NCBI GenBank assembly: GCA_963806225.1
Contig: CAWDXG010000004.1
Span: 3,904,001-3,968,000 of the forward strand
Direction: 5' to 3'
Length of the DNA: 64,000 bases
DNA from: an uncultured delta proteobacterium
GTDB lineage: Bacteria; Myxococcota_A; Polyangia; Polyangiales; Polyangiaceae
Numbering within the stretch: the stretch's first letter is position 1; each line of letters begins with the position of its first letter. This document shows, one piece after another, positions 1-11,280 of this stretch. The position numbers were made by a program, and so were the translations under genes. Below the pieces are notes generated by a model. That model made no database searches. It was not told the origin of the DNA and worked only from the letters and a program-made list of their open reading frames with translations.

Positions 1-300
1 CCGGCTGTGCAAGGCGGTCGCCGGGGGCGGCGAGCCGTCATGCGCATCGGGCGAGGGGACCTGCATCCACTACAATCGCGACCCGGCTCACGTCGGCGAG
101 TGCACCCCGATGTAGCCTGCCGGCCTCATAGCCGGACAGGGGGCGATGTACGCGAATGTGGTTGCCAGACCCCACCTGAAATGGTACGCGCCATTTCAGT
201 TCTGAAACCAGTGCATCGCATACTTGCTATCAAGTGCGCGTACTTGCATGACTTCACGCCCGCTGCCTAGCAGCGTCGCTACTTGGCAACCGGGGGGTAG

Positions 301-1203
301 ATGGCGACTCGAGCCTCGAACCCGTCCAGTGCTTCGGACGAGATCCTTTTCCAGAATGACGGCGTTTCGCTGTGCCTGCTGGTCAACCGGCGGGCCCGCA
401 CGCTGCGGGTGATCGACTTCCGGTCGGGGCCGAACCCCGCCAAGCGCATCTTCGTGATGAGCCTGGCCCGGCGGGAGGGTGTGGAGCGGGTGGTCACGCT
501 GGTGGAGCGCGACGAGGTGAGCACCTGGTCGCGCCTCGGCTTCCAGCGCGAAGGCAGCATCCCGGGCTTCTACAAGCGCAGCGACGCCTGGATCCTGGGC
601 GCGGTGATCCCGCGCGAGACCGACGATCCGGACGAATCGGGGACCCGTCCCGCGATCGCCGACAAGGGCAACAGCGCGGCGGCCGAGCGCCAGTACCAGG
701 CCATCCGCAAACTGGCGAAGGAACGGGCCGAGCAGCCGCTCCCCAAGGTGAAGGTGCAACCTGCCCGCGAGCCGGACCTGAAGAAGGCCCTGTCCAACGC
801 GGTGCGCAGCGGCCGGGCGCTGACCGGCTTCGAGCCGTTCGGCCGGGACGTGGAACGTCGGGCCTACGCCTGCACGGCCCGCGGCGGGTTCTCGTTGATG
901 ACCTCGGTCGAGACGCAAGCCTGCTTCAACAATGCCTTCGTGGAGCTCCTGACGGCGCCGCGCACCCCGAAGGAGGCGGCGCTGACCACGTCGGCCATCC
1001 GGCAGCTGTGCGACGAGCTGTTCGAGCAGGGCGTGGTGTGCTGTTTCTCGCTCACGCCGGTGGACGATCTCGAGCTGGGGGCGGCCTTCGTGATGAACGG
1101 CTTCCGCCGGACGGGGCTGCTCGGCCAGCACCTGCTGGTGAAGGGCGAGCGCAGCGACGCTTTCCTGTGGTCGCGGAAGCTGGCATTGCCGACCGACGGC
1201 TGA
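301..1203 (+). CDS. Tandem GNAT-fold protein resembling beta-lysine N-acetyltransferase (AblB/YodP-like), divergent
   Basis: 300 aa ORF. N-half has RVIDF and LGFQREGSIPGFY-x-DAW; C-half has LFEQGVVCCFSL...FVMNGFRRTGLL...AFLWSRKL. This follows the two-domain layout of the AblB family, but there is no clear R/Q-x-x-G-x-G acetyl-CoA motif. Confidence 0.55.
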   Translation: MATRASNPSSASDEILFQNDGVSLCLLVNRRARTLRVIDFRSGPNPAKRIFVMSLARREGVERVVTLVERDEVSTWSRLGFQREGSIPGFYKRSDAWILGAVIPRETDDPDESGTRPAIADKGNSAAAERQYQAIRKLAKERAEQPLPKVKVQPAREPDLKKALSNAVRSGRALTGFEPFGRDVERRAYACTARGGFSLMTSVETQACFNNAFVELLTAPRTPKEAALTTSAIRQLCDELFEQGVVCCFSLTPVDDLELGAAFVMNGFRRTGLLGQHLLVKGERSDAFLWSRKLALPTDG

Positions 1204-1215
1204 CAGAGTCGGGCG

Positions 1216-3670
1216 GTGTTCCGCGCACGCTCTACGACGCTGGCGGCTGCTGCAGTCGTCGCCCTGTCCTCCGTTCCCACGCGGGCAGCTGCACGGGCCG
1301 TCGTCGCCTCCGCGGCGGCGGGCAGCGGTCAGCCCGCCCTTTCGGTCGGCTTCGACGGCACCGGCAAGCTTTTGGCCAACGTGTGCGCGTCGAAGCCCTG
1401 CTCGCTCGCGGGCGGGCAGAAGCTCTCGTTCCCGGCGGCGGCCCAGGCTCTGGTAGCGCACGGTCGGCTGTCGGTGGTGCCGCTCGGCGCGGGACGGCAC
1501 GCGATCGTCGTCAGCGTTCCCGACAAGGCCCATGAGCGGAGCTGGGAAGCAGTCGTGGTCGCGCCGCTCGGTGGGCAGAAGCCGGACATCGTCTTCCAGG
1601 GCTGGACGGGCCTGGTGGAAGGACAGTACGGCCTGCGCCACGGCCCGATGGTGATCGTCTCGAAGCCGGCGCGGGACGGGTCGCGGCGCGTCGTCATCGG
1701 ACAGCAGCGCGAGGACATGCAGCTGTGCGGGAGGCCCGCTGTGCTGGCACCGGAGCTGCTCTTCTCCCAGGACCTCGCGCTGCACCCCGCAAAGGTGCAG
1801 CGGCTGAGCCAGGACGAGCGCGACCGGGCGGAGAGGGTGACCGCAAAGCGCGTCGAGGGCGACGACGGCAAGGCGTACCCGCTGCTGCGCGCGGTGGCCG
1901 CGACCAGCGCCGTGGGAGAGCCCGCGGCGCTCACCGACGGCGATCCCGAGACGACCTGGGCGGAGAACCGCGGCGGTGACGGCCGCGGCGAGTTCGTGCT
2001 GATGAACGCGCCGGGAAACCTGCCCATCACCGGGCTCGACGTGATCCTCCGCCCCGCGAAGAGCGCGCCCGAGCACGGCGTGGCGCCGCGCGATTTCTGG
2101 ATCGCCACCAACAAGCGGCTCCTGCACGTCATGATGCCGGAGGACGCCTGGCAGCATCCCGGGGCGCGCTACCGCATCACGCTCGAAAAGCCCCTGCACA
2201 CGGACTGCGTGGCACTCGTGACGGGCGGCGCCTACGGCGCAAAGCGCGACTCGCGCGTCAGCTTCGCCGAGCTGGAAGCACGCACCGAGTTCGACGCGAG
2301 CAAGCTCGAGGGGCTGGTCGGCGCGCTCGCCGGCGGCGGCCAGCGCGCCGTGGCGGCGGGCTCGGTACTCGGCGCGCTCGGCGGCCCGGCCTTCGACGCG
2401 GTGTCGAAGCGCTTCGGCTCGCTCGACGAGGGAGGCCGGCGCGTAGCGCTCGACGTGATCGATCACGCGCCGTGCGACAAGAGCGTACCAGTGTACCTCC
2501 AGGCGCTGCTCAGCCCCTACCGCGCGCATCGCATCCACGCGCGCGATCACATCCGGCAGTGCGGCAAGAAGAGCGCGCCAATCCTGGAAAAGGCGATACA
2601 GAGCGGACCGCCGCGCGCGCGTCCGCTGATCGCCGGCGAGCTCGCGCTGGTCGCCCCCGGCCGGGCGGTGCGCGTCATCGTTCCGCTGCTCGACTCGAAG
2701 AGCAGCGTCGAGCGCCGGCTGCTGCGCACCACGTTGGCGCACGCCTCCGATTCGCGGAAGGCGACCGCGGCGGTGCGCGACATGCTGCGCAACGACCAGC
2801 TACCCGAGGTCGCTGCGATCGATCTGCTGCGCTCGCTGGGCAACCGCTTGAGCGCGTATGAGCCCGAAGCGTCGAAGCAGTTCGCGAGGCTGGCGCGCCC
2901 AGGAGCGTCGTTCCGCACGCGCTACCTGCTGCTGGAGCCGGCAGCCGTGCTGGCCCGGAGCGACCCGACGGCCACCGCGTTCCTGAAGCAGGCGTTGGCT
3001 CGCGATCCGGACGCGCACGTCCGCGCACAGGCGGCGCGCGTGATCGATCGGGCCACGGCATTCCGTCAGGAGCTTCTGCACGCCCTCGCCGACAGCGGCG
3101 TGCGCGTGCGGGAGGCCGCGGTACAGACGCTCGGCGCGGGGCGCGCCAGCTTCGCCGCGCAGGCGCTCGCCCGGCGGCTGGACGAGGATCGCTGGCCGCT
3201 GGTGCGGGCCGCAGCGGCCGACGCGCTGGGCAGGATGGGACCCGACCCGGCCGTCGACAAGGCGCTCGACGACGCGCTGGACGACTCGTCCAAGGCGGTG
3301 CGCGCACCGGTGATCCGCGCCCTGGGCGCGCGCCGTGCCCGTGCCTACGCCGAGGATGTCCGGGACGAGCTGGACAAGAAGGACGAAGCGGTGGAAGTGC
3401 GCATGCAGGCCGCCCGAGCGCTGGGGATGATGTGCGATCAGGGTTCGCTGGACGCTCTGACGAGCTACGCGCAGAAGGCTGGCGACCGGCTCGCGTCCGC
3501 GGATCTGCAATCGATCGGCTCGGCCGCCATCGTGGCCCTTGGCCGCCTCCACCCGCCGGATCTCGCCCAGCGCCTCGCCCCGCTCATGAAGCCGCAAGGC
3601 GCCGCGTGGCGCCCGCTTCGCTGCGCGCGCGGCGCTGGAAAAGCGCGGCGCCTGCGGCGCGCGGCGCTAG
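1216..3670 (+). CDS. Secreted protein with discoidin-like domain and C-terminal HEAT/PBS-lyase-like repeats (apparent +1 frameshift near 3596-3600)
   Basis: GTG start and signal peptide; ALTDGDPETTWAE discoidin-like motif; repeated D-x-x-x-x-VR-x-x-AA-x-x-LG HEAT units. The natural C-terminus APRGARFAARAALEKRGACGARR* is in the +1 frame, stop TAG at 3668-3670. Confidence 0.7.
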
Positions 3671-3721
3671 GCCCGACAGCCCACTGTTGCCGCCCTGCGT
3701 CGCCTCCTATAGTAGCCGGCC

Positions 3722-4777
3722 ATGATCGAGCCGTGGACGCTGGTAACGGGAGCTTCCGGATTCGTGGGGTCGCGCCTGGTGAGGGCGCTGGTGGATCGGG
3801 GCGAGCGCGTGAAGGGGTTCGTGCGCGCCGGCTCCAGCCTCAAGCAGCTGGAGGGGCTACCGGAAGATCGCTTCCAGCTCGCGTTCGGCGACATCACCGT
3901 GATGCACACCGTCTACCGGGCACTCTCGAGGTGCGACCGGATGTACCACGTCGCGAGCAACTTCAAGATGTGGGACTCGAACCCCGACAACATCCTGAAG
4001 CCCGCCATCGAAGGCACGCGCGCCACGCTGGAGGCAGCGAAGAAGCGCAAGCTCTCGAAGGTCGTGGTCACGAGCAGCGTCGCGGCGCTGGGCGCGGAGC
4101 CGAAGCCCGAGCCCATGGACGAGACGCACGAGTTCAACCTGAAGGACCCGGAGACGTACATCCGCTCCAAGCACGAGGCCGAACAGGTCGCGCACGAGTT
4201 CGCCGCCGAGGGCATGCCCCTGGTTGTCGTGCTGCCGAGCGGCATCGTGGGCCCCGGCGACTGGAAGCCGACGCCGACGGGCGCGAGCATCATCCAGTAC
4301 CTGAAGCTGTCGCCGGCCATGCGCGCGCCGGTCACCGAGGGCGGGCTCAACTTCGTGGACGTGGACGACGTGGTGCAGGGCCACATGCTCGCGATGGACA
4401 AGGGCACCGCCGGCGAGCGCTACATCCTGGGCGGCGAGAACGTCACCTTCGAGCAGATGTTCGCGACGCTCAGCGAGCTGACCGGCCTGGCGCCTCCCGG
4501 CAAGCCGCTGGGGCAGGGGCTGGTGTCGCTGGCCGGGTCGCTGATGGAGCTGAATGCGAGCCTGGGCGGCGGCGAGCCGATGCTCACGCGGCGGATGGCA
4601 CGCGACTACGCCTGTGCCTACGCCTGGGTCACGAGCGAAAAGGCCGAAAGCGAGCTCGGCTACACGCACCGCCCGGCGCGCGAGGCACTGGCGCGCTCGG
4701 TGCGCTGGTACCTCGAGAAGGGCTACGTGCCCGACAAGGCCGCGCGCCGCGTGCGGCTGGAGCTCAGGCAGGCGTGA
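3722..4777 (+). CDS. NAD-dependent epimerase/dehydratase (extended SDR, dihydroflavonol-reductase/HpnA-like)
   Basis: VTGASGFVG Rossmann motif, TSS, YIRSK catalytic YxxxK, VDVDDVVQGH, GERYILGGEN. Confidence 0.9.
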   Translation: MIEPWTLVTGASGFVGSRLVRALVDRGERVKGFVRAGSSLKQLEGLPEDRFQLAFGDITVMHTVYRALSRCDRMYHVASNFKMWDSNPDNILKPAIEGTRATLEAAKKRKLSKVVVTSSVAALGAEPKPEPMDETHEFNLKDPETYIRSKHEAEQVAHEFAAEGMPLVVVLPSGIVGPGDWKPTPTGASIIQYLKLSPAMRAPVTEGGLNFVDVDDVVQGHMLAMDKGTAGERYILGGENVTFEQMFATLSELTGLAPPGKPLGQGLVSLAGSLMELNASLGGGEPMLTRRMARDYACAYAWVTSEKAESELGYTHRPAREALARSVRWYLEKGYVPDKAARRVRLELRQA

Positions 4778-5514
4778 GCGCGGCCACAGCCGTGCGCGAC
4801 TCGAACGTCTTCGCCGAGCTCTGGCGCGGGCTCCTCATGGGAAGCGTCGCGGCCGGCGTCGCAGCGCTACCGGCGGCCTTCCGTGCGTCCCACGCCGGCG
4901 CTTCGTTCGGTGGCTGCTGGATCGCGCTGGCCGGCTCCACGGCGCTCCTGCTCGCCCCGGCGGTGGGTGCGTTCAGGGCGGCGCGGCCGATGCCACGCGC
5001 GCTTCCGACGTTGCTGGTGGGACTGCTTTTCGCAACCGGACCCCTCGTGATCTTCGCGCGGCTCTTGAAGGCAACGACGCACTACCGCCCGCTCGGCGGA
5101 GCGACGTTCGCGATCGTGGCAACGGGCGTGCTGCTCGGTTGCTTTGCGCTGAGCGGACGACTGGTAGCGGCGTCGCGTTCGGGCTCGCGGCGCCGTGTGG
5201 CCCAGCGGCTGCTGGTCGTTCTCGCCGCTGCTTCCGCGTTGATCGGGCTCGCCCTGGCGGCGCCCGCCGTGGCAGCCGGCGGCCTGCGCGCGGGGGTCCT
5301 CGACGGCGCGCTCGCCGTCGCGCTAGGGCTCGCGGCGGCGCTACCCGGCGCGTCGGAATGGCTGCCCGCGCCGCGCGCGAGGCTCGCCGGTCCCATCGTG
5401 TGGCTGGTGCTGGTGCTTGCTGGCGCGAGCGTGCTGCATTTCGCGCCGGCGATCCGCGCCGCATGCTCGGCTCGCTCACCGGTGCTGCTGGGCCTTGCTG
5501 GCTGGCTCGGCTGA
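4774..5514 (+). CDS. Multi-pass membrane protein, hypothetical
   Basis: GTG start overlaps the upstream TGA (GTGA); about 7 hydrophobic Ala/Leu/Gly segments; it is the tail of the over-long 1216..5514 ORF. Confidence 0.65.
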   Translation: MSAATAVRDSNVFAELWRGLLMGSVAAGVAALPAAFRASHAGASFGGCWIALAGSTALLLAPAVGAFRAARPMPRALPTLLVGLLFATGPLVIFARLLKATTHYRPLGGATFAIVATGVLLGCFALSGRLVAASRSGSRRRVAQRLLVVLAAASALIGLALAAPAVAAGGLRAGVLDGALAVALGLAAALPGASEWLPAPRARLAGPIVWLVLVLAGASVLHFAPAIRAACSARSPVLLGLAGWLG

Positions 5515-5676
5515 TCGGCCGGGCATAATCGGCGCCGTCCGCTGGTTTCAAGGGTGGTTTGACCGGGGCAAAGCCGGTGACTAGGTTTCCTGTCATCAGG
5601 TGGGTCCTGGTTGCCGGGCGGCGCTAGCTCAAAGACAACGCCGCCTGCCCTGGAAACCAGGAAACAAGGAGCTGAC

Positions 5677-6456
5677 ATGTATCCCCAGCAGTATTCGTCC
5701 CAGCAGCAGGCCTACGCAGGCAGCTACGCCCAGGCGGGGCCGGCCAAGCTCGCATTCCTACGCAAGGTCTATGCGCTGTTCACGACCAGCGTCGTGGCAG
5801 CGGCAGCAGGCGCCATGTTCGCGCTGTATGCGGGCGCGGGCTCGTCGGCAGCCACGGTGCAGCTCTCGGACGGCACGGTGCGCACGATCCCACCGCTGGT
5901 CGCCATGCTCTCGGGCGGCGGCTTCATCACCTGGATCATCATCATGGCGGTGCTCTTCGGCGCGTTCTACGGCGCCAGCGCCGTGAGCCGGACGCCGGGC
6001 GTGAACCTGGTGGCGCTGCACGGCGCCGCGTTCATCAGCGGCGTTTTCGTCGCCCCGATGATCTTCTTCGCTCTGCTCATGGCCTCGCAGGGACAGACGC
6101 TCGTGGCTTCGCCAGTGCGCGACGCGTTCCTGCTCTCGTCCGTCGGCTTCGCAGGCCTGAGCGCGTACACGCTCGTTTCGAAGAAGGACTTTTCGTACCT
6201 GCGCGGGTTCCTGTCGATGGGCTTCTTCGTCGTACTTGGCGGGCTCGTTCTGGGCTTGTTCCTGCACAGCAGCGTGTTCGCCCTCGCCATCGACAGCGTG
6301 GCCGTGCTGCTGTTCGGCGGCTTCATCCTGTACGACACGTCGAAGATCCTTCGCTCGGGCAACGACAATCCGGTTGGCGCGGCGATCCTCCTCTACCTGG
6401 ACTTCTTCAACCTGTTCATCTTCCTGCTCAGCATCCTGAGCAGCCGCCGCAACTAG
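5677..6456 (+). CDS. Bax inhibitor-1/YccA family membrane protein
   Basis: AAGGAG RBS before ATG 5677; FLRKVY N-terminal motif, KKDFSYL, ILYDTSKI, and AAILLYLDFFNLFIFLL C-terminal signature. Confidence 0.92.
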   Translation: MYPQQYSSQQQAYAGSYAQAGPAKLAFLRKVYALFTTSVVAAAAGAMFALYAGAGSSAATVQLSDGTVRTIPPLVAMLSGGGFITWIIIMAVLFGAFYGASAVSRTPGVNLVALHGAAFISGVFVAPMIFFALLMASQGQTLVASPVRDAFLLSSVGFAGLSAYTLVSKKDFSYLRGFLSMGFFVVLGGLVLGLFLHSSVFALAIDSVAVLLFGGFILYDTSKILRSGNDNPVGAAILLYLDFFNLFIFLLSILSSRRN

Positions 6457-6579
6457 CCGCACCTACATCCTGCCCGCCCGCCCCCGCCGGAATCCTCCGC
6501 CGGGGGCTCGTGGCGTTGTGCTCGTCTATCGGACCTCTGTAAGTGCGTGTCGCACACGGGCCCCGGCCGGCGCCGTGCG

Positions 6580-6608
6580 TTGACGCAAGCTGGGTTCATT
6601 CCTAGATT
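6580..6608 (+). promoter_or_regulatory. Putative sigma-70 promoter
   Basis: TTGACG-N17-TAGATT about 80 bp upstream of ATG 6686. Confidence 0.55.
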
Positions 6609-6685
6609 TGAACCTTCGCCCGGCCGGTCTGGCGCGGGCGGTGGAGCAGCTCACGGTGGGCCGCTCCCGGCCCGAACGAGAAGCG

Positions 6686-8089
6686 ATGCGTATTGGTCCC
6701 GGTGAGCCGCTCCGCAGCCGACCCGGCGTCGGGCGTCGCGTTGTGCGGCAAGGGCCGGGGCGTCACGCGGCTCTCCCGAAGGCGCTGCGAGCGGCCAGCA
6801 CCTCCGCGGTCGCGCCGAGTGCGCGACGCGGGCTGCGCCGCACACTCGCCCTGCTGATGATCGTCGGGCTCATGCTTCTGAGCGCGATGGGCTGGGCGCA
6901 GCTGCCCGCGGCGGGGTCGGTCGCTGTAGCGCCTCCGCCGGCGCCTCCCGCCGCAACCGTGCGTACCGGCACGACGTCCATCGAGAGCGCGCCCGCCAAG
7001 GGCGCCCCCAAGGCCGCGCACACGCCTCCGGAAGACGCACCGCGACTGAGCGGCGAGTTGCCGCGCGTGCCGCACGCTCCATCCAGCTACAACACGTACG
7101 ACGGCGGCTGGATCCACTTCGCCTATCCGCCGTCGGTGCGCGAGCGCGTGCAGCCGCTGATCGCGAAGGCCGACCAGGCCCGCGCCCAGCTCACGGCGCG
7201 GCTGGGCGAGGCGGTGCTCGACCACGTGAGCGTGTACGTGGCGCGCACGCCGGGCGAGATGGCCACTCTGGCTCCTGACGGCGCGCCCTTCCCGAAATAC
7301 GCGGCGGGCGTCGCCTACGGACAGATCGGCCTGGTGCTGCTCAGCATCAACCCGGTGCACCCGAACGACAATCACGACCTGGGCGAGATCTTCCGCCACG
7401 AGCTGGCGCATGTGGCGCTGCACGACGCGGTGAACGGGCAGCCCGTGCCGCGCTGGTTCAACGAGGGCTTCGCGGTGTTCGCTTCGGGCGAGAGCTCGTT
7501 CGTTCGCCTGCACACGCTGTGGACCGCCACGCTCGCCAACAACCTGATCCCGCTGAGAAAGCTCGATCGCACCTTCCCGGCGAACGAGGTCGACGCCTCG
7601 GTGGCCTATGCCGAGTCGGCGGACGTCGTACGCTACCTGCTCCGGCAGCAGGACCACCATCGCTTCGTGGCGATGATCCAGCGCATGAAGAACGGCGAGC
7701 GCTTCCAGCCCGCGATGGAAAACGCGTACGACACCGACATCGCCAATCTCGAGTACGACTGGAGACAGGACGTCGCCAAGCGCTACACGTTCTGGCCGGT
7801 GTTCTTCAGCGGGGGCGCGATCTGGATGGGCGTGGTGGGGCTGGTGATCTGGAGCTGGAAGCGCCGCCGCCGCCGCGACAAGGCCACGCTCGAGCGTTGG
7901 GCGAAGGAAGAGGCGGCCGAGGACGACCTCAAGCGCCGTATCGCCCTCGCCAACCAGGAGAACGCGCGCGTGCACATCGTCCTGGCCCGCCACAGCCAGC
8001 GCTCGAGCTCGCCCGACATGCGTCCCTCCTCGCCCGACTCCGCCGTGCCCAAGGTCGAGCACGACGGCCAGTGGCACACGCTGCACTGA
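6686..8089 (+). CDS. Peptidase MA-like zinc metallohydrolase (gluzincin), membrane anchored
   Basis: RHELAH (HExxH) followed by PRWFNEGFA; N-terminal hydrophobic segment; C-terminal TM followed by KRRRRR. Start uncertain. Confidence 0.85.
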   Translation: MRIGPGEPLRSRPGVGRRVVRQGPGRHAALPKALRAASTSAVAPSARRGLRRTLALLMIVGLMLLSAMGWAQLPAAGSVAVAPPPAPPAATVRTGTTSIESAPAKGAPKAAHTPPEDAPRLSGELPRVPHAPSSYNTYDGGWIHFAYPPSVRERVQPLIAKADQARAQLTARLGEAVLDHVSVYVARTPGEMATLAPDGAPFPKYAAGVAYGQIGLVLLSINPVHPNDNHDLGEIFRHELAHVALHDAVNGQPVPRWFNEGFAVFASGESSFVRLHTLWTATLANNLIPLRKLDRTFPANEVDASVAYAESADVVRYLLRQQDHHRFVAMIQRMKNGERFQPAMENAYDTDIANLEYDWRQDVAKRYTFWPVFFSGGAIWMGVVGLVIWSWKRRRRRDKATLERWAKEEAAEDDLKRRIALANQENARVHIVLARHSQRSSSPDMRPSSPDSAVPKVEHDGQWHTLH

Positions 8090-8179
8090 CGGGCGAACCT
8101 GTCCGGGCCCCGCGAGCACGCGCAGGCCCGGCCGACGCGAAGCGCGCCGCGCAGCGTTGCCCGCCCCACGTGGGCAGCG

Positions 8180-11100
8180 CTACCGCCGCACCTGTTCGCG
8201 CACGACGCGCAGGCGCTTCGTCTTGTCGCCGCGCGCCAGGTCGATGAGAACGTCGCTGCCGACGGGGCCGCTCAAGCGAATGCGGGCGTCGCGCATGGAT
8301 TCGGGGCGGGACGCCGTCCACGGCCGTGATCACGTCGCCCGCACGGAGGCCGGCGTGCTCGGCTTCGCTGGCGTCCGCAACCTGGACGATGACGACCTCG
8401 AGCGATTCGCCCGCCCCGCGCGCGCCCAGCGTCACGGCAATGCTGCCGCCGCTCGCCGGCTCGTCGTCATCCGCACCCGGGGAAAGCCGGATGGTAACGC
8501 CGGTGGTCGGCCGCTCGGGATCGACCTGCACGCCCCGCGCGCGGCCGCGCCCCACGTCAGCGGCGTACGCTCCCAGATCGACCTTGCCAGGATCGACGCC
8601 TTCCAGCTTGAAGTGCCCGTGCGTGTCGCTGACCGCCATGCCCGGCGGAAGCGCCCCCGCCGGCAAGTAGGCGGGCGCGACGCCGACCGCGACGCGCGCT
8701 CCAGCAACAGGCTGGCCCTTGGCATCGACGACCGTTCCCTCCACGGTAGCCGGCGGCGAGAGATCGACGCCCGGCAGCTCGAAGGGGCGATCGCTGCGAC
8801 CTGTCCGCTCGACCTTGGCGTCGATGCTGCGCGTCGCGTACTCGGGGTGGCTCACTACCAGCCGCACCGGACCTGGCGTGACATCGCGAAGGGTGTAGCC
8901 ACCCTCGCTGTCGGTGAGGGCCGACTTGCGCATACCGTCGGCGACCAGGGTGACACTGGCACCCTGGAGGTACTGATGGCCGCGCACGCCCGTGACGGTT
9001 CCGTGCACCAGCACGCCGTGGCTGAGCTTCACGGCGAGCTCGGCGGGCGCCTCGTCGGTCGTGACAGCCGTGCGCGCCCAGCCCGGCGCCTCGACCAGCA
9101 CGCGCAGCGCAAGGCCCTTGGCATCCGGCACGCTGAGCGACCCGTCGGCGGTGGTGAACAGCGTGCGGCGCAGCGGCGTATCGGGCTCCAGCGACAGCAC
9201 GGTGACCTGGGCCGCATCGACGGGCTGATCCTCGTCGTCGGTCACCTTGATCTCTACCGCGTCGCGAGGTGCGGGCAGCTGGATCTCGATTTCCTTGTGC
9301 TCGCCCTCCTTCACCTTGATGGTCTTCTTCATCACGATGCGCGACAGGTCCTCGGGGCGCGCGAGCGACAGCTGCACCTCGTCGGGCACGGCGGCGAAGG
9401 CGAACGTGCCGTCCTCCGCCGTGATCGTGGTCTCCTGGCGCGTGCCCTTGACGGCGGTGAGGTCGACGCGCGCGCCGCCCACGGGCTGGTCGTCATCGTC
9501 GATGACGCGGCCTTCGAGGGCGCCGCCGGCGAGCAGCACGATCTTGACCGTCGCCTTGCCGCCGGGCGCGAGCGTGACCGCGTCGCTGACCGCTTCCACG
9601 TAGGCCGGGTGACGCACCAGCGCACGCATGCGCCCCGGCGTGACCGGGTGCGCGGTGAAAGTACCGTCGAAGCCTGTGACCCAGGGTGCGATCGCGTTCT
9701 CGTCGCTGTCCTTGTCGTCGCCAGCGGCGTTCGCGGTCGACGGCAGGGCCGCGACGCCCCCGACCGGCGGAATCGGCGGAACCGGGCCCGGCATCACCCC
9801 CAGCTCGCCCGCCGGGATCAGCGGCACCGGCCCGGGCAGCGCCCACTCGAAATGACGGCGCCGGAACGACATCAGCATGGGCGTCTCGCTCACCGGGAAG
9901 CCCTGCATGTCCGTGCCGATGATCTCGATGGTCGCGCCGTCGACGGGATCGCCCTTGGCATCCACGACGCTCCCCTCGAGCGTGGCGCCTTTCAGGAGCG
10001 GGATCTGCACAGGACCGTCGAGGGGCTCGGGGACGGGCACGCCGGAGTGTGGAACGAAGTCGTCCGCTCGGGCTGCCAGCATGGCGGGACCGGGCGCGAG
10101 CGGACCCAGCGTGACCGTGCCGTCCGCACCGGTGCGCCCGCGAATGGGGAAGGAGCTGATGCCGGATTCGACCAGCACCACGTCGGCGTCAGGGACGACG
10201 ACGGGATGGTCGCCCGCGCCGTCCGTGACGACCGCGGTGACCACGCGCCCCTCGTACACGCGCAGCACCAGTGTCTGGTGCTGCCCGCGTTCGAGCTCGA
10301 CGCCGACCAACGTGTCGGACACCAGCTTGCCCTTCTCGGCCTTCAGATCGTACGTGCCCGCGAGCAGCCCGGCGATACGCGCACTGCCCTTGCCATCGGT
10401 GGTCGCGCGGCGCGCCGGCCAAAGGTTGGAGCCCGCGATGATGACCGACGCATCGGCGACCGGCGAACCCGTCGTGGTTTCGACGCGTACCTCGAGCGAG
10501 CCGAGGCGGCGCAGCGTGATCGTCAGGTCGTTCGTGACATCGGGACGGGTCACCGACTCGTAGCCGCGCGCACTCACCTTGACGACCCAGGGCGCGGCGC
10601 CGAGCCGCGTCAGATGCGCGGCGCCGTCGAGCCCGGTGAGCGCGCCGAACGGAAGTGGATCAGCTGCGGTGACGAGCACGGTGGCGCGCGGCAGCGCCTG
10701 GCCCTTGTCGTCGCGCACGCTGACCGTCAGCTTGTGGGCCACCGGCAGCGTCACCTCGGCCGTGCGCTCCTCGCCGCCGAGCACGAGTCGCGTCGAGCTG
10801 CGGGCACGCCCCGGCGCGTCGGCGACCACCCAGGTCGCACCGCGCGGCAGGTGGTCGACGACGACGCGTCCCGCGGCGTCGGTGCGTCCGCTCCCCGCGA
10901 GGTAGTAGCGTCCGCGCTGCTCCCAGAAAATGCGCACTGTCGCCCCCTCGAGCGGCGCCGGGGTGCATCCCGGGGCGGTACCGCCGTCCGCCGCGGGTTT
11001 GCAGCGTCCGGACGCGCGCGCTCCAACGCGCACGGTGAGCCGGGCGTCGCGCGCCGACGCGCGGACCGGCGGCGCCGGCGCGGAGGGACCCGGGTTCCAC

Positions 11101-11198
11101 GGCGAGAGCGCCACGTCGGATAGCCCCACCACGAAGGCCAGGCAGGCGATCACCGCTGCGACAACGGTGATCCGGTCAGTGGCCCGGCGTGCGTTCAC
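8180..11198 (-). CDS. Carboxypeptidase-regulatory-like (transthyretin-like) repeat protein with C-terminal PDZ domain (apparent frameshift at G4 run 8303-8306)
   Basis: Many G-x-V-x-D-x-x-G-x-P-V-x-GA-x-V repeats; PDZ start AEHAGLRAGDVITAVDG. Removing one base restores PPESMRDARIRLSGPVGSDVLIDLARGDKTKRLRVVREQVRR*, which stops at 8180 and removes the overlap with the peptidase. Confidence 0.8.
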
Positions 11199-11280
11199 GT
11201 CCGCGACGATAACGCCTGGGCCGGAGAAGCGCTTCCCCACCGGCTTGGTGGCTCCGGGCAAGCGGCGCTAGACTGGCAGG

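Noticed and set aside
1216..5514. Single 1432-aa giant protein
   Set aside because: Its middle is an off-frame reading of the SDR gene; a frameshift joins the HEAT gene to the 4774..5514 membrane gene.
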